DNA of 61,067 bases, filler included, from Basidiobolus ranarum (taxonomy: Eukaryota), in NCBI GenBank assembly GCA_040143965.1. It is 9 parts of 9 records of this genome, joined end to end, with 100 filler letters (N's around TTAATTAATTAA, not from the genome) between each part and the next. Parts side by side here need not be neighbours in the genome. Positions count along the whole stretch, not along the records: positions 6,816 to 13,523 come from JASJQH010001262.1; positions 13,624 to 20,329 come from JASJQH010001263.1; positions 20,430 to 27,131 come from JASJQH010001264.1; 6 more parts are not named here. One strand, written 5' to 3'. The notes under the pieces were generated by a model. That model was given only the letters and a program-made list of their open reading frames with translations. It made no database searches and had not been told where the DNA came from. Below, one piece after another: positions 10,070-23,701 of this stretch. The position numbers and the translations under genes were made by a program. How positions within the stretch are numbered: the stretch's first letter is position 1; every line of letters starts with the position of its first letter.

Positions 10070-13000
10070 TATTTAAGGGATTTGCAAGTGTTCGGACAAG
10101 ATGTGGATTTATGGATTAGACACTTAGGTTTATAATGAGTTGTTTATGTCCTGTTTATAGCTTACTATGAAATAGGAATATTAGATGTGCTTAGATCATA
10201 ACAAACATGCCTGTAAAGCATGAGTGAAAATTTGAGTTGGTTTGGAGAAGATTGGGGCAAATTTGTGAAAACTGGTAAGAGTGACCTAATTGACATTTTA
10301 TCAAGGAGGTCAATAAACACACATTTTTGAATATATGTCAGGATAGAGTGCTAAATAGTCTGGATATGAATAAATTCAATACCAAATAGTGGGTTGACAT
10401 TTATCTGATATCAACATTCCTACACAGCTGATTGTTTTTGATATCTCAAGTATCTAAGTTATATCCAAGTAATTCAAATTGTGCTTGAGCTAATGTTTTG
10501 ATTAAGATGTCAGCAAATATGCCTTCAGTAGGGCAACAGACAATTTCCATTATGTGACTTTACATTGTTTCTCTAACAAAAGGATAGCAAATATCTATGT
10601 GTTTTGTTCTAGCATGAAATGTAGGGTTTAAGCTGATAACATAGACCTTTGATTATCTTCAAACATGGTAACAGCATGTTTTTGCATATATCCTAAGTCT
10701 GCCAACAACTTCCCCAGCCTTATAGGTAGTTGGGAAGGAGCAGAATTTCTCTCCCAGGCTGTATCACTGTGGCCTTCACTGTTTGTATCTCTGGAGTGCC
10801 AGAGTATTCCACAACTAGATATACAGTTCCTCTCAAATATCTGAATATATTTCAACCTTCATATACATTGAACTATCTACAATGGATTAATAGGGGAACA
10901 CATGGCCTTTATACAAGTCCTTTTGGGCCAAATCTGACGCAATTCTTATAACTACCCACCATGGACTAATGGACAATAACATAGCTTTAGTTGAGTCATC
11001 TTGTGCCAAATCAGATGCAATTTTGATTAATTTAACACTCAAAGCCATTGGTGTTACAGATGTGCTATTGTCCATGTTGAAAAATTTTTGCATGTCTAGG
11101 ACGTATCTAGACTGGGAGAAGTTGTGAGAAAATAGACAAAATTGGTGAAAGTGATCTGATTGATATTTTATCAATTAGAGTAATAAACACACATCTTTGA
11201 ATGGCAGAATTGAGTACTAAATAATCAGAATATGAATAGGTTAACTATTAAATAATGAGTTGCTATATACCTAATTTCAACACTGCCACTCAACTAATTA
11301 ATTTTTATTTCTTTTAAATCTAACTTATATCTTAATAATTCAAATTGTGCTGTAGCTTTAGGTTTGGTTAAGATGGCAGCAATTATTTCTTTAGTAGGGC
11401 AATGGACAAGTTCAATTATATTATTCTCTATTGCTTCTCTAATCAAAAGATGCCTAATATCTACATATTCTGTTCTAGCATGAATTTTAGAGCTTTAAGC
11501 TAAGAAAATACAACTGCAACTATCTCCAAATACAGTAATAGCATGTTTTGCATGTTTCCTAAGTCTGTCAATAACTTCCTTGTCCACATAACATCTTCTG
11601 TAGTAGCAGAGGCAGCCATATACTCTGCTTTTGTAGTGGAAGGTGTTATGGTAGGTTGGTTCTTACTATTGCAAGTTATGAATCATTTACCTTGGAAACA
11701 ACTGTATCCAGTTGTTGATCTTGCATCACAAAGGTTTCTTCCCAGTCTGCATCACTCTGGCCTTCCAACCTTTGTGCATCAGGAGTGGCAGAGTATTACT
11801 GAACTCAATCTGTAGTTCCTCTCAAATACCTGAATCTTCATTATACTGCAGTTTTGTGCTTGAATCCTGGATTTTTGAGATATAGGCTGACAGCTCCCAA
11901 TCCCATAGCAATATTTGGAAACATTTCAACCATTGTATAAATTCAACTACACATCATGGACAGATAAGGGAACTTCTGGCTGTGATTTGAGTCATTTTGG
12001 GCTAAATCAGAAGAAATTTTGACTAATTTCACATTGGGATCCATTGGTTTTGAGACAGGCTTCCTATTCTCAACGTTGAAGCATTTTAGGATGTCAAGGA
12101 TATATCTAGACTGATTTGGCATGAGTTTTCAAGAAAATAAGTAAGTTCACCCAGATCAGTCATCTGAAATTGGTTTGATAAGGTGCTTTTTGTTGGATTG
12201 AGTGCTTCTAGATCACTTGTGGCTAAGTTTAAGTTTATCCACATATAGTGCCAAGATAGGGATCTATGGCTGGTAGCTTTGATGTTGATACAGTTATATG
12301 CTGTGCTTTTTTGAAATTTGAGAGATTTGAAATTGATATCTATCTTGTTATACCATGCACTGGGGGCTTGCTTGAGTCCACATAGTGCTTTTTGCAGTTT
12401 CTTGACCATAACAGGGTGTTTAGGGTCCACCAATCCATCTGGTTGCTCCAAATAAATCCGTTCATCTAGATTTACTTTTAGAAAGGCTATTTTTACATCC
12501 ATTTGATGTAAATTGACTTTATGGATGGCAGGGAGTGCCAGGATTAATTGAGTGGGGCTAAATGTGGCTACTGTAGCAAAGCCTTGATTAACACCATCTC
12601 ATCAAGTATGGGAATAACCTTTTGCAACTAATCTTGCTTTGTACCTTTCTATGGTTTCCTCAGCTTTCTTTCAGCCTATTGACTTTCTCCCTGATGGAAG
12701 CAGCCTTAAAACCCACATTTCATTGTCCTGAAGTGAGGAAAACTCATCTGACAATGCTTTTTCCCTTTATTTTGATTCTGGACACTCCAGAGCTTGATCT
12801 AGAGTCTGTGGCTCATCACAGAATACTGGATAAGCATATATATCATCATTGGTAGCATTCCACCAGTTCCCTAGCTATTTCTCCTTCTGGATGATCTTTT
12901 GGGTCATGAATCATCCTCTGATGGGCTTGGGACTGGAATTTCTGTTGACCAGGGCTCAAATATGGCTGAAATTTTTTAAGACACTTTGTGAATAGTCCTG

Positions 13001-13409
13001 ATTGGGTTTTCTGGATCAAGAACTGTGGTTTGAGGTAACAGTTGTGCTTTTTCATTGAAATCATATCTCTGCACTTTATTCACTTCTGATTTTTGGTATC
13101 AAATAGTCTACAGGTCTTAGATCCATCATAGTAATCTAGAAATGTACATTTTCTGCTGTTGGGTTCCAATTTTGTGGATTTTTGAGCAGGAATTAAGAAT
13201 ATGACATGCAACCAAAGATCCTGAGACAATCCACACTAGGTGTTAAACTATATAGGTATTCAAATGGAGTAGAATTTTGCAGCAGTCTTGTTAGGCATCT
13301 GTTTTTGAAATAGATGTCAGTGGAGACAGATTCAGCTCAATATTGGTAATCAGATTTTAGATCATGTGACATTGATCTAGCCATCTGTACTATGGTCTGG
13401 TTAGCACAT
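10070..13409 (-). mobile_element. Degenerate Ty1/Copia remnants: integrase-RT-RNaseH-LTR followed by a second RT/RNaseH-LTR
   Basis: MDVKIAFL, LCGLKQAP, MTDLGELTYFL, RSTTGY, HARTKHIDI-like motifs; PPT ttgagtggcag then TGTTG at 11282; second TGTTG LTR start at 10416; many stops. Confidence 0.9.
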
Positions 13410-13523
13410 TAGACTTGTTCCATTTTATTGAGCCAGATCAGGCCAGCTAAAAAGTGTGCCAGCACAAATTGGCATGATTGGGCACTATCTGGCACGATGT
13501 TATTTACAATATTTGAAACAGTT
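13410..13523. mobile_element. End of a putative non-autonomous DNA element (terminus TAGACTTGTTCCA) inserted in Copia integrase
   Basis: Same terminus in inverted orientation at 27331-27343; it cuts the ER(C)ANQTIVQMARSM integrase motif. Confidence 0.55.
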
Positions 13524-13623
13524 NNNNNNNNNNNNNNNNNNNNNNNNNNNNNNNNNNNNNNNNNNNNTTAATTAATTAANNNNNNNNNNNNNNNNNNNNN
13601 NNNNNNNNNNNNNNNNNNNNNNN

Positions 13624-13836
13624 GGGGTTCTCTTCGAGAAGAACCTTCAAGGCACGACGAATCATGGTGTTCTTACCCATAAGGACAATACCTTGACCAC
13701 GAAGGGATTGACGAATTTGGTGCATTTGGTTGGAACCGACATTGTCAACACGGACAATGAAGATGGAGTGGTAAGTCTCGAGGAGACCCTTCAACTTGCT
13801 GAAGTATTCAGTCTTCTTATCAGCCTTGGTAGACAT
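13624..13836 (-). CDS. RPP0: 60S acidic ribosomal protein P0 (uL10), 5' part, truncated by contig end
   Basis: IFIVRVDNVGSNQMHQIRQSLRG..VLMGKNTMIRRALK; probable 5'UTR intron 13843-13913 (GTATGT...TAG). Confidence 0.97.
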
Positions 13837-14667
13837 GTTGATCTAGATTAAAAAAAATCATCATTACTAACACCGAAGATGGATGCGATATTCAACGCAA
13901 ATGATTAACATACCAAAGTAAATCCAACCGGAAGTAGAGAATGAACCGTAGCTCCAGGAAACTGAATTTAAAGTAATGTCATCACATCTCACACGATTCT
14001 GATTGGATACTGTATTTGATGAAAAAAAGTGGAAATCATTGATCAGAATTTTTTTAACCAGGGGATTCTTTTCACCAAGTTCTCGCTTTTGATCGATAGC
14101 TTTCGACTAATCGTGTTTATCCTTCATTACTGATGTAAGCTAGCAATTCATCAGACATTAATCTCGTGCGCGATGGATTGATTAATCGAACAATTTTATT
14201 GGGGAGTCATACAAATCCAGAGTGATCACCATGTTGTCTATTATGGATACCTTCTGGAAATGGGTATTGAATGAATGACTGATCTAACATAATGTAAAGG
14301 ACAAAATATTGAAATAAGTAAGAGGGCCAAGTAATCAGATAGAATAGGGAGGAAAGTCCTGGTAGACCTCTGATATAACGATGGCTCTTCTTGGGTGTAA
14401 TATTAAAGGAAACAGTGAAAATAAATTGAAAAATGAGGTTTGATACGGAACCATCACAGACACCGCTTTTCAGTCAGAATACCAAGTTATAATATGTTAG
14501 ATGTCTGAAGGAAAAGTATCCAAAGCTCTTAATGACAGAAAATGTGAAGAATGCTAAAAAGTCAAGAGAGACGTACACATTTAGATATTTCCAATATAAA
14601 ATGCTACACTAGACGACTGCTTGGAAGAAACAGGTTACATTAAGCTCTAATAGACAACAACCGGGAT

Positions 14668-15969
14668 TTAGGCCCGTGATAAATCAATCACGGTATCTAA
14701 CACTGCGGTTACATCGTCCACATCTTTGAGGTCCTCTAAGAACGGTATTAAATCCAGCAATTCGGTGTCATGGGGGTCGTTAAACCACGAGCTAACGGGT
14801 ACAGCATTAGTGGGGTGGAATATATAGCTGGCTGGTGAATTATCGAGGATCATGACTTGACGTACATCGCGCCCCAATTGTGACAAGTCCTGGTGCAGAA
14901 AGGTGAGCTAACTTTCAAGAAATGAAAATAAAACGAATTTACCTTCACGTAATTCCCGCCATAATTATAACACGATTCTCTGAACAGACGATAGTGAACA
15001 ACTTTGTGAATATCGAGCGTGTCCAACACAGGATCGGCATACTAAAGCAATTGTAGAGTGTCAGAAAGAGTGTATTGAAGGAAAGAGCAGAGTTACGTCT
15101 TTACTTTTGCCAGACTAGCGGTGAAAATTACGATCTCAAATGATTTTCCCACTTCTTTCAAGAATTCGTCTACACCAGGGCGTTTCAAAACATAAACATT
15201 ATGATATTGCCCCTCGATTTCAACTGGAATGACAAAATCAGCCTGCTCTACAACCTGATGAAGAAATACAGTAAGTCTCTTGATGTTTACAACAACTCGC
15301 TTATAATGTATAAAATAAGTTATTCTACTTTGAAAGAGCTGTGCACGAGAGTTTCGTCCAGATCCAAAACAAGGCATTTCCTACCAGTGTGTTCTTTAGC
15401 AATAGGCCCAAGGAGGAATTTAGCTTCGACCTATTTTGAAAATATTTAGTTGAAAGGCTAACCAATATGTTTACCGAAATAATCATACAGGTTCGGGATT
15501 TTCAGCAACAGGTTCGACTTCAGGAGTGGAAGGTGCAGTTTCTTCTTTCTCTGGAAGTAGATTGGTAGATGAGGCTTTGGAGGCCTCTGGGCGTTTAGTT
15601 GTAACAGCGGTGGACACAGATGGTCTGCGCTCTTCTTGAGCTTCATTAAGGAATGCCTTTGCTCCACAGGCACAACTAAGCAATCTAGAGAAGAATGAAC
15701 GAGAGCTCTTTTTCCCACTTTTGCTTTTAGAGGAAGATTTTTTGGCGGTATTGGAAGTAGTATCGCTCGGTTGTATTTCTAAGATAATAAAATCTTTGAG
15801 AACCGAAGAAAAAAGTTGACCGAATAAAAGAAAGTCTAGAGACATTACCTTTCTCTGCTACATCAGACATAACTTGTGCAGGAACATGGCTGCTTTCTTG
15901 TCGTACTTGGGTGATAAGGTTATGTGGAGTGTTGTCACTATTGGTTATTTGAGTAGTTGTCTCTGTCAT
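14668..15969 (-). CDS. PSR1: Small CTD phosphatase (NIF/FCP1 HAD family), Psr1/Psr2-like, multi-exon
   Basis: [16 protein letters not shown] (about 15330-15380), [59 protein letters not shown]-terminal [15 protein letters not shown] introns. Confidence 0.92.
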
Positions 15970-17214
15970 GGTAGGCTTTAGGGTGAAATAACTCTCAAAA
16001 GTACGTTTGTTAAATATTCACAGGCAAAAATGAAGTGACAATGTTAAAGAAAGATGTTCCGCAACAGTATGAAGTCTGTTCGTGATGAATAAAGAGCAAC
16101 TATGTTACAAGGGCGAATCAGGGAAAGGTGTTATTGCAGATATAAAAGGGGGAAACGTGAGGATATAATTAAGAAAGCAGCAAAGAAGACTGATAGCTAG
16201 ATCCACACTATCAATTCATGGAACCTCGTGTGAGTTGCTTCAGCGGAATGATTAAGACTGTAAACTGAATCAATTCTTAATCGCTGAAAGAAAGGGGTTA
16301 TCTATTATAACACATCCAGAAGTATTAAGGATTCAGTAGTGTTAACACAAAAACTAGATATGCGAGCAATCTCCCCTTATTCTTCAGGTACAATCAGCGT
16401 TGCCAGTAAAAAGAAAGGTATGGCATTTGTGGAGTGGATAAAAATCTTGTTATAAACAAAGCTACATCCAATTTGCATTTGAAATTATCGATATTATCCC
16501 TGGATGCACAATGAGTCTAGCTTTGCCATGACTAATGTAGGACACGGTATGACAGAGTGGTACCGAAACAGGGTACATATTCGCTTTCACTCTGTCTTGT
16601 TGAGTTTACGTACTTTACATTAATCTAGCTTTCTATTCCGAAGAAAATGAAACACTAGAGAATGTATAGGTTGCATAATTTCAAAACCAGACATCTTGTT
16701 TCGTTTCCAGCTCTTTCCCTTACATGTATCAACTGTCATCCCTAATTCTTGAATTTCAACGAGTCAACCCTAACCCTGATCCGATCTGAACTAACCCAAT
16801 GAACCCAAATCATATGTTGCGGATCTGAATCCAATCATGGTGCCGGTAATACAGATTGGGTAAGCTATTGAAGTTCCTTAATTGTATGGGAATAGCTGAG
16901 ATATTGGTTATCAAGCATCATGTCATCATCAACCGTCTCTTCACAAGATAGATGGAGATGTCTGATATTTACGATTTATAAGCGTTTGTGCACAATGACA
17001 TCTGCTTTATGGTTAATCTAGTTTTTATAGGATCGGACTGCTTTTATCTGAAATATATGGCAATTTAGTCTTGTAATATCGCTCCAAGAAAATTCACCCA
17101 ACCTACGCAACTCACTTTATATCATTTCACTCTCCACCCTCACTCAATTCGAACTCTTCGATAAACACCCCTTCTCCTTACTCCATCTTATTATAAGGTA
17201 GCATAAAAATCACC

Positions 17215-18709
17215 ATGACCAATCCAATCCAACCAGATCAATTCACCAGCGCTCGTTTCCAAAAGGCACTTCAGATTATTAGCAGCCTTCCGGTTGACAA
17301 TTCCACTCTAAACCCTACAATACAAGAGCGCCTGGAAGTATGTCCTGAGTGACTTTCCATCAATGTTTTTTGTCATTTTTCAAGCCCAGAGAACTAACTC
17401 GATATTTTCTGTTAACTTGATGTGATTCAAGTTCTATGGTCTTTATAAACAGGCCACTGTTGGTAACTGCACTATTCCGAAACCCCCCATCTATGACTTG
17501 GTAGCTAGAAGTAAATGGTTAGACTCATCTAAGAAGTATTAGCTACTTTCAACGATTTAATTCGACTTTTAAACAGGGAATCCTGGTGTTCATATAAAGA
17601 CATAAAGGAGTTACACGCCAAAGAGAAATATGTCGAGCTTCTTGTACAGGTAAAATAGGTTTACTTGGATAGAGTTTCAATTGTAAAGTAGAAGAGCCTC
17701 AACCTCTATTATCAATTTTAGTTTTTGAAAAAATTCCCAGACATACCTCAAGCAAATACACTAGTAAACGCATTTGAACGTTCTCGAAGAGGGTCAGACC
17801 CGGAAATGAGTAACGTCAGTAACGAAGGTAATAAAGTCACTCCCGTTTCGATTCGATATTCTATTTAAATTGAAAAATGTTAACTGCATAGTTTTGGCTA
17901 AATCGGAATCAGACACCGACTCTCCTGTGCCTCTGGATGAAGGTGATCTTTATTCTGATGAAGATCAAATGGCGCAGAGTGGAAGCATCGTTGAAGTTCC
18001 TCGTCCAAATACCTCATACGCCAGTAGGAAGTCTAGAAATTATTCAACAATCGCTGATTACCCAGATCAACTGCTTTCCAGTCACCAATATAACTCAGAG
18101 GAGAATAACAACCTCGGACACTCGTCACCATCGCTACGGTCTTCACGTTACTTGGGCAACATGGCCTATCCTCAGACATTAGTCAGATCCGGGAACGATT
18201 ATCGGGATGACGGTGGCGAGTCCAGCTCCAACCCCGAAGCAGAGAGAGCGTTGGAGTATCTCCAGACTCAAGTTGCTGCCTTAAACGAAAGAATTGAAAT
18301 TTTACGTAGGGAAATCATTGACAGAGAGAAGAAAAAGCAGCTGGAGAAACATGGAGTCAAACATGCTATAAAAGTAAGATCTCTTCACTTAATAATTCGA
18401 CCACAGTTATTAACACATGTATCTATCCATATTATGTTAGACTATCTTCAAGCATACGTTTATTGATTTCGTCATAGCCACTATTGTGTTCGGTTATTTC
18501 TATCGCAAGGGACATCCACTGGCAATTATCATTGGGGCACAACTTCGACAACATCTTTCGCAGATATTCTTGGCAGTTATGAGAACTCTCAAAGGTAACA
18601 TTTACTTTCCAACTTTATGGTTTGCTTCACCTCCATTACCTCTAACCATATCCTACATATAGATGCGCCAAATCTTTGGAAACTCATCAAGCGGTCACCT
18701 CATCAATAG
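17215..18709 (+). CDS. Acyl-CoA-binding domain protein with coiled coil and C-terminal TM (Atg37/ACBD5-like), multi-exon
   Basis: Spliced translation [22 protein letters not shown]...[13 protein letters not shown]...[12 protein letters not shown]...[26 protein letters not shown] coiled coil; hydrophobic [14 protein letters not shown]; stop TAG 18707-18709. Confidence 0.85.
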
Positions 18710-19171
18710 AGCCGAAATAAAAGTGAGTATATGATGGCCTGTGATCGTAGGGCCTCATGCTATATTCTTTTGTAAATGAGAAACGGGCTTCTTGAATGAT
18801 GGGATTATATATATCAATAAAAATTTTAAACCAATCTGCATATACTCTTCATCTTACCAACCTATATCTGCCTGACAAATAGTATGCTAATAGGGAAATT
18901 AAGATCTGATTTAATATATTTGGATTATTCCGATCGATAAATATGGGAATACAGATAAATTATTGCCAATCAGTAGCTCGGTATTTAAGGTAATTTTGAG
19001 ATGAGGGTAAAGTGGGTTAATTCGTTTGATCGAGTGTTAAAATATAATGAAAAAAATTGCCACTTCTTGGACTTTTAGAAATTATAGTTGGAACAAACGT
19101 ACTTGTTGCAAGTCGTAAAATAAAGTGCTTAACTACATCACCCGTTTAGCACTTGGAAAATAGAACTCATC

Positions 19172-20329
19172 ATGCTGCGCAGTTTGGTACGACGCTCTGC
19201 GCTCTTAACCAAGAATTTATCTTACGAATCACTCACGAGTGCTCAACGGAGTGTACGACACTTCAGGATTGTTCGACCTGTAGCCTCAGCTTTATCAAAA
19301 CAAATACCAGGTAGGAATGTCATTCAATGAAGTATTCAACCACTCATTAACTCATACAATTATCTAGAAATTCACTCTCCTACCGTGAAAATTGTCGGAA
19401 ACCAAGTGACTAGTAGTTCATCAAATAGTACTCTTCATACGGAGATTCAAAAACTTGTCCATGAAAATCCCTCTCCTTCCATAAATGATTTTCATCAAGT
19501 ACTCAGAAGTTGTGCAGCGGAGGGGGACTTACAAAGTGCACTTGAAGTTTTGAGCTCTATGTACAATGAAGATGGAGGTAGTCATCACCCAGTTACACCA
19601 TCTTTTGAGACCTATCAGCTTTTATTTCAAACAGCCAGAGAGTCAACTAATGTCGACCTTACCATATATCTTGTTAAAAGCATCTTGGAGAGAAAAGTTC
19701 CCTTGGTTTATGGTTCCAGCCAACACCACGATGTTGCGCTCGACTTTTCTGAATTCACACCAGAAAGTTTAGAAAATAATTTAGAGGTGTGGGAAGCATG
19801 TCTTTCTGCATTGGTCTCTCCAAGAAAAATGTGGTCACCTGATTACGGTCGCCTAGGCACTGAAGCCTTATCGGTGTTGCAGAAAATGAAGGAGATTGGT
19901 GTTAGGTCTTTCAATGAGAACATTTGGGGACTCTTCATTCGGGTAAGATCCGCTTAGTTTACTTATTTTGCATATTTGATATTCACTTATTTTATGCTTA
20001 GACCCTGGGCTGTACCGGAAGTGAGGCCTCCATTCCAGGTGTTCTTCATGAGCTACTCTCTAGCGATGAAGCCATGACACCTAGCATTTACTCACAAGCC
20101 ATCTGCGCCTATTCTAGATGCGGAAACCTCCCCAAAGCCATGGAGCTTTATGATGAGATGATATCTATCTACGGTGCATCTTCTTGTAAAGAACCTCTTT
20201 GGGCACTTGCGATGAATACAAGTAAAGCCGGTGATCTCGCTAGCACCAAGAAACTAGCTGCAGCAGCTAAACCCCTCGATATATCCCAGTCTTCGGGAGA
20301 AGATTCTTTCGATTTTATGCCGCATCTGC
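19172..20329 (+). CDS. Mitochondrial pentatricopeptide-repeat protein, 3'-truncated
   Basis: Arg/Ser-rich presequence MLRSLVRRSALL; PPR-like motifs FHQVLRSCAAEGDLQSALEVLSSM and IYSQAICAYSRCGNLPKAMELYDEM; introns about 19311-19367 and 19943-20001. Confidence 0.8.
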
Positions 20330-20429
20330 NNNNNNNNNNNNNNNNNNNNNNNNNNNNNNNNNNNNNNNNNNNNTTAATTAATTAANNNNNNNNNNNNNNN
20401 NNNNNNNNNNNNNNNNNNNNNNNNNNNNN

Positions 20430-21548
20430 GCCCAGGTTGCGAAGCTGCCACACTAAAAGGTCCTCAAAGTAGTGACTCTGATGACGGTACTGGCAATGCC
20501 CGCAAACAGATAGTACGTTCTCAAAAATTTCAAATAGATCATTATTCGGTTCGTTTTATCTTACCTAATCCTTCATTTCCATCAGATTGGGTTTGCCAAA
20601 TTCCGTTCCAGATTGGAGGCTCTTCAGGCTCGTGACGTCCTCAACGGAAGAAAAGTAGACGCCGATAGAGGTTGTGTCTTGAAAGCTGAAATGGCCAAGA
20701 AAAATTTGCTCACTAAGCGTGGCCTTTCCAATGATAATAGCAATAATCAACTTGGAAACGTAAGCATTAACCTTACACAGGCCCTTACCCCCAATAATGA
20801 CGTCGGGCTCTCTGTAAAAAAAGGATTTAGACCTCTTGAGAGCAGTAACACTGCTGCTGCAGTTGCTGCCTATGATGTGCTTCCATGTGGCCCTATTCTT
20901 CCTTCGGACCTCCTTTCCCCTCAACCACAACTTCATGAATTCTCGGTCAATCCAGAAAATGGAGCCTCTCCAACTGCTTTTGAGGATGAAAGAATCGACA
21001 GCCTTCGTGAAACTGGCGGACCGCCAGGACTAAATGTTCCTGCTTCTCGTGTAGTTGGATACAATTCTAATCGTCTAACTGGACTTGATGCTTTTGCTTT
21101 CCCCAAATTTACCGGAGCCAACTTCAATAGCACGGGAACTTTCTTTGGAAATAGCAATAGTATCGTTGCGGCAAATGAAGGGAATTTCTCTATGAATACC
21201 TCTGAACCTTCGTTCTCTCCTACTCCCTCTAGTAATGCTAGTATCAGTTCAAGTCAGCGTGTAAACTCCGGAGATCAAAATCCCCCTTGTAATACTCTAT
21301 ATGTGGGTAATCTTCCCATGAACACTATGGAGGAGGAGCTACGCCAGCTATTCGCCAGCCAACCAGGGTATAAGCGACTCTGTTTCCGTATGAAACCTCA
21401 CGCAGGGCCTATGTGCTTCGTAGAGTTTGAAGATGTTACACATGCCACTCGTAGTATGAACGAACTTCAGGGACACCTACTTAGTAATTCGATAAAAGGT
21501 GGAATACGACTAAGTTATTCCAAGAATCCACTTGGTGTACGACAGTAG
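20430..21548 (+). CDS. Scw1/Whi3-family RRM RNA-binding protein, 5'-truncated
   Basis: [31 protein letters not shown] (first RRM) and [13 protein letters not shown]...[10 protein letters not shown]...[15 protein letters not shown]; intron 20513-20585. Confidence 0.92.
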
Positions 21549-22597
21549 ATACCAACAGACAATACCTCAATACTTTGCACTTAAACCTATAGACTTTTCG
21601 CAGCATTGCACATCATCTTTCGCAGGTTCTTCAATCATCCACTTGTAATGAATTCTTCCACTGTTCTTCACATCGGCCATTTCATTTGATTACCATACAT
21701 CACTTATATATATATATAGGTAATTGCCATGTAATGTTTTTTATCAGCATCTTTTTACTTTGCTTATGTTATTCTCAAGGAGGGTGTGTTCCCCACTCTT
21801 TCCCACTTTCCCCTATTTTCATTCATGGAAGAGTTTCATTCGATTGGAAATTTTCAAAAAACGTTCATGGGGTTTTTGGTATTTCATTTAAGCATTCTAA
21901 CATTTTAGCATCATTCAAATTCATTTACATGTGTCAATTCGTTACCAATTCCTAACCAACATATTCCCCCCCTCCCCTCCGTCCTTTTCCACTTTGTTTA
22001 TCACATTCGTAAAGAAAATGAATAAAATCATGCCAATCATTTATATATATATTATTGAATCACTTAAGCTGCAAGATTTAATTCATCTGCACTTAGACAA
22101 GTTTGAAAAAATCATAAAATATTGAGAGCAACTTGGAAGTTTGAAGATCGAATCAGAATTTGTGAAATATTATTACTCTCTTGGATATGATTTCAATTAT
22201 TGGCTCACTAAGTTGAAATATTCACTTTATCTATAGAGGAAGCAAGAAAAATTCACAGCAGGGTTGTATGAATTTAAAATTGGATCTTTTTTCAACATAT
22301 CCTTGATATTCCTGCCTGAGGATCTGGTCATAATGAGGATATACTTTGTATTTAGAGATACCTTGTAATATTGCTTTAGTTGCTTTACTCTTAACTGAAT
22401 ATGCTGATTTATATAGTGGAGAAGTAAATCAATTGTTTGAGATATTCATAAGTTTGTATAATAAGATATAATATATTTGAGAGGTTAGCAAGATATAGTT
22501 GTTAAAGAGATATATTGATATTCATAATTAGCTATATAGTCATATATAGCTTGGTATTTAGTTATTTCATATTGAACTAAGACATCTCCTGTTAAAG

Positions 22598-22935
22598 TAT
22601 TTGGGAGCCTGTTGGAAGTGATTTGGAGAATTAGAGGAATTGGTGGTTTTCACTTATTGAGTTGACATTTATAGTTTTGTCAAGAAATAAACAAATAAAT
22701 ACTCATAATATGTTAATAAAGAACCTAGAAATATGTATGCAAAGTTTAGGACTTCTAGAACAAGTTTGATAAATCTATATATCTGAGAACTTCCAAGTTG
22801 GTGTCAATATTCTAAGTAAATTCCTCTTGAGAATAATGGGTTTTGAATAGTGGGTGATATCTTAGTTCAATATAGAATAACTCAATACTAAGCTATGTAT
22901 GACTATATAGGTGTTTAGGCTATGCTTATTTCAAC
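22598..22935. repeat. Dispersed ~330-bp repeat (also about 42200-42530, partly 53560-53670), possibly a solo LTR
   Basis: ttgggagcctgtt.gaagtg...aaacttccaagttg...tactaagctat shared between copies. Confidence 0.75.
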
Positions 22936-23701
22936 TGATTCTGATAGTTCAACCATTTGGCTGACAGAAATGGACTTTCCATATTTGTAGTCATGAGTAT
23001 CTCTAATATAGATGGTTACCATAAAAGTTGTCGTAAGCAATGGCCTAACCGTAACCCTCTGATTCTAAATTACTACTTGTCAAATCATTTTGAATGCTCC
23101 ACATTGCTCGGAAATGTATACAAGGCCTTATATATAGACAAGGAAGCTTTATTAGATTTAGAAAATCATTGGCAGTTGGTGTGTACAACAAAACTAGAAC
23201 ATATAATCTCGCTTTGCTCTAAAAGTTGCAGGACTCATATCCAATGCCACTAGTGCTAGATCCAGCCTCTCTTTTCTGCATAGCGACTCTTTTCAATCAG
23301 TTGAGTAGTAACGTGTCCCAGGCATCCTAAGATTTAGGTGCAAATGTATGGTGGGAACATATTTGTTGCTATCTGGATATTAGTAATGAGAGATAAACCA
23401 TCAACTACATATTGATCAAAGGGTCCAACTAAAAATAAGGTAGTGATACGCTTACAAATACTTAGCGGGGGTACTGCTTTCTCAATCTCGCGACACCTAG
23501 TTAAAACTAATATCTATTGAACTTGCACTCTTTTTTCGGTACTTTATTTTTCAAATGATCAATCCGATAAACTCAGCAGTTAGTTTTCAGGTGCATACTA
23601 CCGACATTCTCTTGCTTACCATAACTGATATTCGTACAATATAAGTTTAAAAGAATTCCACAATATTCAACCTTCACTTATCAATAAAGGTTAATAGGTT
23701 G

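Noticed and set aside
13576-13623. Poly-X tails of ORFs 13576-13836, 20074-20385 and 54339-54548
   Set aside because: Read-through into the N spacer; the genes are truncated by contig ends, not pseudogenised.
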